Part shown: positions 19,406 through 29,700 of the stretch, piece after piece
Layout of the letters: each line of letters opens with the position of its first letter
Numbering within the stretch: the stretch's first letter is position 1
DNA from: a virus
DNA: 64,000 nucleotides
IMG/VR virus record: IMGVR_UViG_3300027971_000044
Coordinates: 17,487 to 81,486 of that record
Strand: one strand, 5' to 3'
Program-made: the position numbers and the translations under genes
Notes under the pieces: model-generated
What the model saw: only the letters and a program-made list of their open reading frames with translations
Databases searched by the model: none
Told to the model about the DNA's origin: nothing

Positions 19406-20386
19406 ATGGAAATTCTAGTAGGTTCAAATTCACCAGTAACGCACAAAGTGTTTTGGCAGGGGCAACTAACTGACTCAGACAGTCTTCCAGTTGTTCGGCT
19501 ATATGACATTACAGAAGATCCAGCAATATCTCCACCTATAAATCCTGGAACAATACTTGCAACATTAACGGCTGTAAAGTCGGAAGTAGATGCGGGTACA
19601 TATGTTGTGTATATTCCAGTATCATACACTACCAGACAAAGACAGCTTAGATTGAGTTGGTCATACACAGTTGGCTCAGTTTCTACAGAAAAGAACCATA
19701 AGATTTATGTGCAGACTCCATATACAGATTTGAGCCAAGCAATTGATTCTTTAGGGTTGGGATCTGATTTTTCAGATCCTAATTCTAAATCATATTTTGA
19801 ATTATGCAGTGCTGAAAGATACGCTAGAAAATTAATTGAAGCATATACTCAGCAACAGTTTTACTTATACGATGACGTGCAGATTGCATATGGATCAGGG
19901 TCAGATGTCTTGCCACTTCCTTATAAATTAGCAGAACTGCATGAGCTATATCAAAATGATATCTTGCTTTTAAATACTTTAACTAATGTTAATAATTGGA
20001 ACTACAACACAATCATTTCAGAGAGCGGATTTGGAATAAGAATTAATAGAGCAAATATGCTTGATAATACTGTGTATACAGCAAACGGCATGGTTCCTCC
20101 TCCAACAAATGATGTATGGAATGGGGTATTTAAACAGGGAGTAACATACAGAGTTCAAGGCAAGTTTGGATGGGAAGAAGTTCCTGATGAAGTTGATCTT
20201 GCATGCATTGAATTAATGAAAGATTATTTTTCAAAAGATAAGGTTTGGCGTAATAAGTACATGAAGTCAATTCAAACATTTGACTGGAAATTCGAGTACA
20301 ATTCTGGTACATATTCAGGAACAGGCAATCTCTATGCAGATCAACTACTTCTTCCGTATGTTATCAATAAAATGGTTGTGATCTAA
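19406..20386 (+). CDS. head-to-tail adaptor
   Basis: ARKLIEAYTQQQF and GKFGWEEVPDEVDLACIEL motifs; position after the capsid gene. Confidence 0.7.
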   Translation: MEILVGSNSPVTHKVFWQGQLTDSDSLPVVRLYDITEDPAISPPINPGTILATLTAVKSEVDAGTYVVYIPVSYTTRQRQLRLSWSYTVGSVSTEKNHKIYVQTPYTDLSQAIDSLGLGSDFSDPNSKSYFELCSAERYARKLIEAYTQQQFYLYDDVQIAYGSGSDVLPLPYKLAELHELYQNDILLLNTLTNVNNWNYNTIISESGFGIRINRANMLDNTVYTANGMVPPPTNDVWNGVFKQGVTYRVQGKFGWEEVPDEVDLACIELMKDYFSKDKVWRNKYMKSIQTFDWKFEYNSGTYSGTGNLYADQLLLPYVINKMVVI

Positions 20387-20811
20387 TGTATGATCTTGTT
20401 GACTCCGTTATGCCTATGTTCTTGGATGTCTACAGACAGTTTGATTTACAAGATCCAGATACAGGTTCTATAAAAAAAGAATGGCAGTTTGATAGAACAG
20501 TTCCTTGCAGCGCTAAAGGTATTATCAGTAACTCTTCTTCCAGCAGAACTGGAGATAGACAAGTAATGTCTAATAAATATACTAATGATCAAATTTTACA
20601 AATTAGAACATCAGAAAAAATAACTTTAAGAGAAAAAATTACAAATATTAGAGACTCAGAAGGAACTGTAATTTGGGAAGAATTAAATTTTCCAACTAAC
20701 ACTCCTACAGTTTTTGAGTTAATGGGAACTACTCCAATGACAGATCCACTGGGCGGAGTTCTAGGATATAACTCTACTGTCAAGAGATCGGAAAACCAGA
20801 CAATTGGATAA
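20386..20811 (+). CDS. head-to-tail stopper/closure protein
   Basis: Size and synteny; TAATG coupling. Confidence 0.6.
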   Translation: MYDLVDSVMPMFLDVYRQFDLQDPDTGSIKKEWQFDRTVPCSAKGIISNSSSSRTGDRQVMSNKYTNDQILQIRTSEKITLREKITNIRDSEGTVIWEELNFPTNTPTVFELMGTTPMTDPLGGVLGYNSTVKRSENQTIG

Positions 20812-21586
20812 TAGCTCACTACTAGTCACGGCTGCCAGCGGTCTTCAAAAAGGCATGGCGGGAACTAAAGGCACCGTTTTAAGAGATAGCACAGTAGCAC
20901 AAATATCTGCTGCAATATATTATCACGCACAAGTAGTATCTAAACTAACAACAAATAAACAATTTCAAAAGAAATTTCAGTCTGTAATATTTAAACAAAT
21001 AGAAGAAGACTTTGGTCTATATGTAGACTCACAATCAAGAATGAATCCTAAGTCTTTGCATCATGTGTACGAGTGGAAAAAGACGGGAAACAAAAATTCA
21101 AGATTATTTAAGCTAAAGGTATTGTCTACAGACGGACTTTCATTTAAAATTACATCTAGCTTTTTGCCTTCTAAATCTGCCGTCCCAAATCAATTTGGAA
21201 AGAGAAGACACGTATTTATTAATAAAGCATCCGTGATGGAAGCTGGAATACCTCTAGTAATCCGCCCTAAGTTCGCAGAGCGCTTAGTATTTGAAACTAG
21301 TACTGGAGTAGTATATATGCCCAAAGGGGCTTCTGTGACCGTTACAAGGCCTGGTGGAGGCAAAGCTACTGGAAGGTTCCAAATAGCTTACGCACAATTC
21401 TTTACTGGCAATCTAGTAAATACAGCAATTAAAAGATCTGGCTTCCAACAACTATTTAATTCATCACTAACTAAAGCAATGAGAGTCCCATCAGATGTTA
21501 GAAAAGTTAAATATTCATTTAATGCTAACACATTAAATATGAATGCAGAATCAGCAATTGCTTCAGCATTTGGAGGTGCAGTATGA
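20804..21586 (+). CDS. neck/tail-completion-region protein
   Basis: Basic 260-aa ORF between the stopper and tail terminator; TTG start. Confidence 0.55.
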   Translation: MDNSSLLVTAASGLQKGMAGTKGTVLRDSTVAQISAAIYYHAQVVSKLTTNKQFQKKFQSVIFKQIEEDFGLYVDSQSRMNPKSLHHVYEWKKTGNKNSRLFKLKVLSTDGLSFKITSSFLPSKSAVPNQFGKRRHVFINKASVMEAGIPLVIRPKFAERLVFETSTGVVYMPKGASVTVTRPGGGKATGRFQIAYAQFFTGNLVNTAIKRSGFQQLFNSSLTKAMRVPSDVRKVKYSFNANTLNMNAESAIASAFGGAV

Positions 21587-22092
21587 CAGACTATAAGGCA
21601 GATATAATGCTTGATTTAAGAAAGTACCTTTGGTCTGAATTAAAAGCTAATAATATTTTTACAGCCACGGACTATTATTCAGACAATATAGGTCAAGAGA
21701 TTGTTCCAATTATTCCAGTTCAACAGTCTCCAGAAATGAATCAATTTTTGAGCGGGAAGAAGCACATAGTCTATGACAAGATAGGGTTATCATATGAAGA
21801 CAACTGGGCTATATGCTGTGAGCAGATTCTGTTCACTATATATTCAATAGATGTTTCAGATATAAATGAGGTTAGAAACCTAATGACAGATTTATTCAGA
21901 AGAATGGATGATTCAGCTAGGGATGCAAATGCCTATTCTGGCATATCCAAGAAGTTTAAATTCTTCAGCATATTTGTTGCTGATATTTCTCCAACAGCCC
22001 CATCCGAAGAATTGGCAGGATTCCTATCAGCAGATGTAATCCTTGAGGTTAAATACGCAAGACACCTAGGCCTTACTGGACGCTTTGCTTAA
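21583..22092 (+). CDS. tail terminator-like protein
   Basis: Directly before the major tail gene; acidic, 169 aa. Confidence 0.55.
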   Translation: MTDYKADIMLDLRKYLWSELKANNIFTATDYYSDNIGQEIVPIIPVQQSPEMNQFLSGKKHIVYDKIGLSYEDNWAICCEQILFTIYSIDVSDINEVRNLMTDLFRRMDDSARDANAYSGISKKFKFFSIFVADISPTAPSEELAGFLSADVILEVKYARHLGLTGRFA

Positions 22093-22093
22093 T

Positions 22094-22122
22094 TTGCCTT
22101 TGGGCGCATTATACTCTATTAT
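22094..22122 (+). promoter_or_regulatory. promoter of major tail gene
   Basis: TTGCCT-N17-TATTAT; same -35 as the protease/capsid promoter. Confidence 0.55.
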
Positions 22123-22209
22123 TGTACATAGAGGGAAGGGCCTAGCCAGCCAAGATTTAATGATTTACAACAATATATATATATTTTTATAAATAGGAGG
22201 AAAATAACT

Positions 22210-22920
22210 ATGGCACAATCCGTAGGTAATGCTAAAAATATTCTAGTTGGCGCATCTCCATTGTTCTTGTCGAATGTTGACATTAACGATTCAGATTATA
22301 TCGCTAACGCAGAAGCAGGCGTAGCAATCTCATCAGGTGCAACAACAGTTGGAGTTCCAGCTTTTGCACCAGGAGCATCATACGCAACTACGCTTAATAA
22401 CGTAAACCAAACAGCAGGACTTTTTGGATACCGTAACGTTGGTTTTACTAACAATGGTCTTCAAATCACATATAACCCAACATTCGATTCAGTAACAGTT
22501 GATCAGCTACTTGATACAGCTAAGCTGTTCAAGTCTGCAATGGAAGTTATGATCGCAACAGAAATGTCAGAAGGTACTCTAGAGAACATCGTAACAGTGT
22601 TCGGACAGAGCTCAAGCACACTTTCAGCAGTAACTGGAACATCTACAACTACCAAGCAAGAACTTGGTCTAGCAGCAGGATCACTTGGTGCCGCTCCAAC
22701 AGAGCGTCAACTAATTGCAGTAGGACAGGCTCCAACAGCAGGTTCAACTTCATCTGAGCGTGTATATTATGCACGTCGTGTTTTGTCTGTACAACAGTCA
22801 CAGCACTCTCTTGCACGTACAACTGCGACCACATTCCCAGTGACTTTCCGTCTTCTACCAGATGCTAACTACTCTGGCTCAGAATACGGCAAGATTATTG
22901 ACCGTGTATTAGTAGTATAA
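22210..22920 (+). CDS. major tail protein
   Basis: NILVGA and VGFTNNGLQITYNP...VDQLLD motifs; AGGAGG RBS; biased codons; terminator follows. Confidence 0.85.
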   Translation: MAQSVGNAKNILVGASPLFLSNVDINDSDYIANAEAGVAISSGATTVGVPAFAPGASYATTLNNVNQTAGLFGYRNVGFTNNGLQITYNPTFDSVTVDQLLDTAKLFKSAMEVMIATEMSEGTLENIVTVFGQSSSTLSAVTGTSTTTKQELGLAAGSLGAAPTERQLIAVGQAPTAGSTSSERVYYARRVLSVQQSQHSLARTTATTFPVTFRLLPDANYSGSEYGKIIDRVLVV

Positions 22921-22935
22921 TAAATTCAATTTATT

Positions 22936-22971
22936 AATGAAAACCCCCAGGAAACTGGGGGTTTCTCATTT
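22936..22971 (+). terminator. intrinsic terminator
   Basis: AAACCCCCAG-GAAA-CTGGGGGTTT hairpin, then CTCATTT. Confidence 0.85.
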
Positions 22972-23027
22972 GTGTCGATAATATCTATATGTTATAATAA
23001 TTAAGACTAGATCCTAGGAGGATTAAA

Positions 23028-23360
23028 TTGGCAACAACAGTATATAGCGTAGAAGAACTAACGCTTCAAAATGGCTCAACGGTTAAGCTTAAGCCATTGA
23101 GTATCAAAGAGCTAAGAAAATTTATGCTCGTATTACAGGCAGCAAGCAATTCAACTACAGAAGATCAAACACTTAATGTATTAATTGATGCGGTTGCAGT
23201 AGCACTTGAAAAACAACTACCAGATTTGGTAGCAGATAGAGATGCATTAGAAGATGCACTCGACGTCCCCACAATCAATCGCATACTTGAGGTATGTGGT
23301 GGGATTAAGATGGACGACCCAAACCTTCTAGCGGCAGCGGTTCTGGCTGGTCAGAATTAG
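23028..23360 (+). CDS. tail assembly chaperone (G-like)
   Basis: TTG start with AGGAGG RBS; lies between the major tail and tape measure genes. Confidence 0.85.
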   Translation: MATTVYSVEELTLQNGSTVKLKPLSIKELRKFMLVLQAASNSTTEDQTLNVLIDAVAVALEKQLPDLVADRDALEDALDVPTINRILEVCGGIKMDDPNLLAAAVLAGQN

Positions 23361-23695
23361 ATTTAGCCGCTTTAGAAGGTGAAGTTTTTCTTCTAGGTCA
23401 CTGGAAGAATTACGAAGAACTAGAAGAAAGTCTTTCGATGCCAGAGCTTATTCAAACATTGAAGTCTTTTAAGAAGCAAAAGTCGGAAGACAGAAAGTTT
23501 ACGGCAAGTCTTAAAGGAATAGATCTAGATGTAACTGAGGAAGACGCAGGGACTCAAGCAAAAACTTTTGAAGATGTGCAAAGACAAGCTCTTGGTATAA
23601 ATGCTTCAGGTGATGATATAGTTTCCTTACAGGGAAGCTTTGCAGAACAAGCAGGGTTTGGAATTGGGGCAGGTCTAGGCTACATAGAGGAGTAA
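23028..23695 (+). CDS. tail assembly chaperone frameshift fusion (GT-like; -1 slip at 23318-23324)
   Basis: In-frame C CCA AAC heptamer; the -1 frame is open from there through WSELDLAALEGEVFLLGHWKNYEELEESLSMPEL to the stop at 23695. Confidence 0.8.
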
Positions 23696-23706
23696 CATAA
23701 AGATAA

Positions 23707-26700
23707 ATGGCTGATGAAAATATTGTAACTAATATAGTTGCTAATGCAGATTTTTCAGGTCTTATTGCAGATGTCAATAAGGTTGCAGCCTCTCTATCAA
23801 AACTCCAAGCACAAATAATTCAGTCGGACGCAAGACTTGCAAGTCAAGTCGCTACGATGAACAGATCCTTTGGTGAAAACCTAAGAAGAACTGGTCAGTT
23901 TGCAACACACTTTGTTACCTTAACATCGGATGTTGAAAAGTTTGGCACCAACCTAGACAGGGGCCAAATGAAACTGAAGCAGTATTTTCAGACATTTAGC
24001 CAGCATACAAAAACACAAGGCGGATTAATTAGAGACCTTGCTAAACAGCAAGTAGCACTACAAAATGCAATCATACAGCCAATGGGCAAAAATGCTCAAG
24101 GGCTTATGCAATATAGCGTACATATTCCACAAGGTCTTGATGCAATAAAAAATAAGACTGCTCTTGCTAAACAAGAACTTCAAATCATGAATAAGGTTAT
24201 TCAAGATGGTGGAGTTCAAATGATTAACTGGGGTAAAAATACTCAGTGGGCAGGTCGTCAATTAACAGTAGGACTTACAGTCCCACTAGCAGCATTTGGT
24301 AAAGCAGCAGCCGATGCATTTAGAATGGCAGACGCAGAACTAGTAAGACTTACAAAAGTTTACGGTGGAGTTGCAGCTACATCAGCAGCAGAGCTTGGAA
24401 AAGTAAGAAGAGAAGTTACTGAAACAGCAAGAGATATTGCAAAGGCCTATGGTGTTTCATTTAAAGATACTATTACTCTTGCAGCAGATATTGCGGCAAC
24501 AGGTAAACAGGGTAACGAACTGCTAGCTTCAGTTAAAGAAACAAGCAGACTTGCAGTACTTGGTGAAGTAGATAGACAAGATGCCATGAAGGCAACGCTG
24601 GCAATTCAAAATACGTTTAAACAAAATACAGATCAGCTATCTGAATCAATTAACTTTCTCAACGCAGTTGAAAACCAGACATCAACAAGCCTTGCAGATC
24701 TAATTGAAGCAATTCCAAAAGCGGGACCAGTTATTCAGGGAATGGGTGGAAGCGTAAAAGATTTAGCACTTTATCTTACAGCAATGAAAGAAGGTGGAAT
24801 TAATGCTGCAGAGGGAGCAAATGCTCTTAAATCAGCACTTGCTTCCTTGATTAACCCAACAAAAGTTGCAACAGCAAAATTTGCAGATATGGGAATAGAC
24901 CTAGGCGGCATAGTATCAAAAAATGCTGGAAATCTTACTGAAACAATTTTAGAGCTACAAAAGGCATTAGATAACCTAGATCCTTTGCAAAAACAACAGG
25001 CTATTGAACAGCTATTCGGAAAGTTCCAGTTTGCTCGACTTAATGCTTTGTTCTCAAACTTAGGAAAGCAGGGAAGCCAAACCCTTCAGGTAATGGATTT
25101 AATGAAAGCTAGCTCTCAAGAATTAGCAGGAGTAGCGGGTCGAGAATTATCAATGGTAACAGAGTCTGCTTCTGGAAAATACAGAAGAGCAGTAGAAGGA
25201 TTAAAGGCAGATCTTGCAGGAGTTGGAGAAGAGTTTTTAAAGATTCAGACATTCTTTATTAATGTCGTAGACGGAATTATTAAGTTTATAAACAAATTAC
25301 CAGACCCAATTAAATCTTTGTTGACATTTGTTACAGGATTTACAGCAATCATTGGCCCAGTAATTATGCTAACGGGTGTTCTTGCTAACTTCTTTGGATA
25401 TATTATTAAGGGAGCTTCACACTTCAGATCCTTATTTAAAGGCGGAGAAGGCTGGAAGATGCTTACGCCAGAAATTTTGGCAGCACAAAAAGCAGGATCT
25501 CTTGTTGAACAAACATTTTATAGTGATGCAAAAGCAGCAACAGTATTAAAAACAGCAATTGCAGGGCTTGTAACAGAATTTGAATTACTACAATCTAAAG
25601 CAATGACAGGTGCAGTATCTGCAGGACCAGCAATTTCAACCGTAGCTGGCAACCTAGTGTCACCTGGTGGAATGGGAAGAGTTGTCAATCCAGATCATCC
25701 TTTAATTAGCCCTGAAGATACACGCTCAATGTCACATCTTAATCCAGTTGCTGGAATGACGCTAGATCAAAAATCACAACAAACAATTTTTAGCACAGTA
25801 CCAGGAGCGCCAAAGGTTAATCAAAAGATTGGAAACAACCCACAGATGTATATGTCTGGAGATCTTCCAAAGATTCCAGGACTTACATCAATAGGTGGAG
25901 CATCTACAGGTATTGTTGCAGCTGAAGCTGCTAAATGGCATGCAATGACAGGCGCACTTGCAATGCAATCAGAAACAGAAATTGCATTACTTAAAAAAGA
26001 AGTTCAAACTACGGGCTTAATAACATCATCATTATCTGATTCGTATCAAGCATTACTTCCTACAATGACTAAACTTACAGCAAATGCAGCAACAGAATCT
26101 GCAGCTATTGTTGCAGAACTTCAAGCAGGCAAAATAACTGTAGATCAAGCAAGATCTAAAATTATTCAATTAAATGCACAAGTAGAGTCTATGATTGCAC
26201 AGGCATCAATAGATATTGCAGGGCAACAAGGAAGATCAATCGGCTTAACAACAGTTCCCCTATTAAATCAACCAGTTGTAAATGCTGCTGGAAAATCTAA
26301 TATGAAAGAGCTTCTTCGACCAGGAAGAACTAGAAGTCTTCTTAATAAAATTGCGGGCGGATTAGGAGTAAGAACATTTGGTGCTGGGTACAGTACAGAA
26401 ACAACAATTCCAAAAAGATTTGCAAATGGCGGAGTTGTATACAGAGGTGATGGAAGTGATGATCCAGAACTTCAAGGTCCACAATTTATACCAATGGGAA
26501 CAGACAAAATTCCAGCAATGCTTACTGAAGGAGAATTTGTTGTAACAAAAGAAGCAACTGCTGCAAATCTGCCAGTGCTTCAAGCAATGAATAACAACCC
26601 TGCTCCATTAAAAATAGATACATCTAGGGGTCCAGTAAGGGCTCATGCATCTACTTCGGTATCAATGATGGGGCATCACGTAAGAGATGCATACGGAGAT

Positions 26701-29700
26701 CACCTCCCAGCTGGGATGGATGATTTTATAACAGCTTACCCAGATCAAGAATTATTAATTAAAGATGGTCAAATTTTAGGACTTTATAGAGAAGAGAATG
26801 ATGCTCTAAGAGTTGGAAAACGCGGACTTACAAAACAAGAACTTATTAGAGCTTTAGACGTTCCAGAAAGTAGATTATTTAAACATTTACCAGGAATGGA
26901 TGCACACACACAATCTACTTTAAAAAGTGATTTATTACATTTTGCAAATCAATTACCAGAAGGGCAAATGTTTCATGATGATACATTATCAGATATTTTT
27001 GCTAAATCTAAAAAGAAAACATTTGTATCTTTACCTCCAGCATCAAAAGAATCTTTTAAATCAGTAATTCAAGCTGCTTCAAAGCCAAAATATATAACTC
27101 AGGGCTCTCTTGGTAATTTAATGACGGGTGATGAAGTTCAAATGGGTTCTAAAGAGGCTCGTGCTAAAGCAGCAGGATCAACAATGACTTTTACATCACC
27201 ACAAAGAAAAGATGCAGTTATAGTTAATGGAAGAACGCACGAGTCTGGACAAACAAGAAGTTTTAGAAAATCAATACAAGATGATCCAAAAGCAGGTAGA
27301 CCAAATCCAAGATTAATAAAAACTCCATTTGCAGAAAAAATGGCTCAAGCGGCAATGACCGCTAGATGGAGAAGATCTGGCGGAACAAGGTATCCATCTA
27401 AGGGTGGATTAATGTATATGGCAGACGGCGGAATGGTTCGAGGTTATGCAAATGGAGGAATGGCTCAGGCACCTCAATATTTTGTAGACGGAACAGATGA
27501 TCCAGTAAAACCAGGAAGGATAACATTTGGGTCTGCTTACTCACAACAAAGAGAAAAGGGATTCGTCGGTAAGGGAATGGCTAGTGGACCTATGGCTGGT
27601 ATGGGTATCGGCATGGGCATGGGAATGGCTGGCGGAATGATGGGCGGACAAGCTGGACAAATAATGCAAATGGCATCTATTCTTCCAATGATGGCTCCAA
27701 ATCTTTTATCTGGTATTCCAAAGATGCTAGGAAACATATCTGGAGGATTAAAAGGAGTTGGCGGAGCCGCAGGCCTAGCTGGAAAAGCTATGGGAATGTT
27801 TGCAAATGCAGGACCATTGCTTGCGCTTACTGCAGCAATAACTGTATCTTATTTAGCATTTAAAAAGTTTAAGCAAGAGCAAGAACAGAATAGAATTGAG
27901 CAGTCTAACTCGATTGGAATTACTGAAAAGTCTGCAGCGGAAGCGGGAATTAAATATAATAACCTTTCTAATTCTATCAAGGCAGTTAATGATCAGCTTG
28001 AACTGACTAGAGCAAAAGGAAAGAATGCATATGAATCTCTTAACTCTTCAGGGGTACAAGGTTTAACTTTAAGCATAAAAGAGCTTAGAGATAATATCAA
28101 ACAAGCTAAAACAGATCAAAAAGAGCTAGTTGCCACATTTACAAATATTGATGAAGGCACAAAAGGACAAAGACAACAGAAAGTCCTGGATATTGCTACA
28201 AATTTAAAAACTCAAATGGTTGCTGCTGGCATGTCTGCTCAAGATGCAACAAATGAAATTTATTCAATTATATCTGCATCAGATAAAGCATCCATGGCAT
28301 TTAATGCTATATCAAGTAAAGGTTTTAGAGAAATTATAGACGCAACAACTGCAGCAGATTCAATGATTACTAAGCTTGGTAAAAATATGAATACTCTAAG
28401 CGGAGAAGATCTTGGTAATGCTATTTCTAATACTGCAGTAGCTTTAGAAGGTAATTTTCAAAAATTGTTAAAGACTAAAGATGAAAATGGAAAAATCCTG
28501 ACTCAACAAGAGGCCATGTCAAAAATGTTAAGCGATATTAACTCAAAGCAAGGATCTCAAACAACAATTACTCAAGGACAGATTGAAGCCCTTAAAAAAA
28601 CACAACCAGAGTTAGCGGCAATACTTAATACTTCTGACAATGTTGCAGGAATGTATGCTAAATGGAGATTGCTTCTTTCTGGAGTTAGAACGGATTTAAG
28701 TCAAATAAGTTCAGAACAAGCTCAATCTCTTGCAACATTTGAGGCTGCATTAGATTCTGCTATATCAGCATCAGAAAAAACATCTTCAGGAAGTGGAGTT
28801 ACATTTAAAGCTCAGTCTTCAATAGCGGCACTTCAAAAGTTAATTGCTGCGGGCGGACAAAAAGCAGCAGTAAATGCACAAAAAACTCAAGACCAGATTA
28901 AAGAAGAGATTAAGCTTATTGATAAAAAGATTGATAAGATTAATGAAGAGGCAGATGCTAGAAAGAAAGCCCTTGCTGCAACACAGTCTAAGGAAAATCT
29001 AGCACTTGAAATTCAAAAAGCTCAACTTGAATACGCCGACAAAATGGCTGCTGGAGATATGGCTGGAGCGGCACAAGCACAATTAAAGATAAAGCAGCTT
29101 GTTGGAGAAAGAGAAACTCAGAAAGCTATTGATGCAATTGAAGAGAATAGAGCAAAGCGTGAAAAGGCATTAATTGCTGAAAGAGAAAAGCTTCAGGCTT
29201 TATCAGATAAAGCTGCAAAAAATCTAACTAATGCTCAAAATAATGCTGCTTCTGCAACTGAAAGAATGAACAAGATTGATCAATATCAAAACGAGTATCA
29301 AAGAATTCAAAAAGAAAAAAATAGAGTCGATATAATTTTAGACAAAGATCCTGTTAACAAAGAAGCTTTAAAAGACAGGGACAATCTAGTAAGAGGGCCC
29401 TTGAGCAACCTTGCAAAACAAGTTTCTGCAGATGCTAAGGGTTCAGACAAAAATCTTGCAACAGAGATAAAGAAAATATTTACTGGAACTTTAATTGATA
29501 AAGACGGTAATTCAACAGCTGGAAAAGTAATTTTACCTAGAACAAAAGTTGCTGGAGGCTATAAAGAGGGAGATGCAGATAAAGCCCTAGCAAAAGATGC
29601 CGCTATCTCTAAAGACGCAGCAGAAAAAATTATGGGTGGAAAGTCTCTTGGAGATCTTTATAATGCATATATGGGAATTGGACCAGCTGGCTCAACTACA

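Noticed and set aside
23438-23695. Independent 85-aa gene
   Set aside because: Better explained as the -1 frameshift extension of the tail chaperone.
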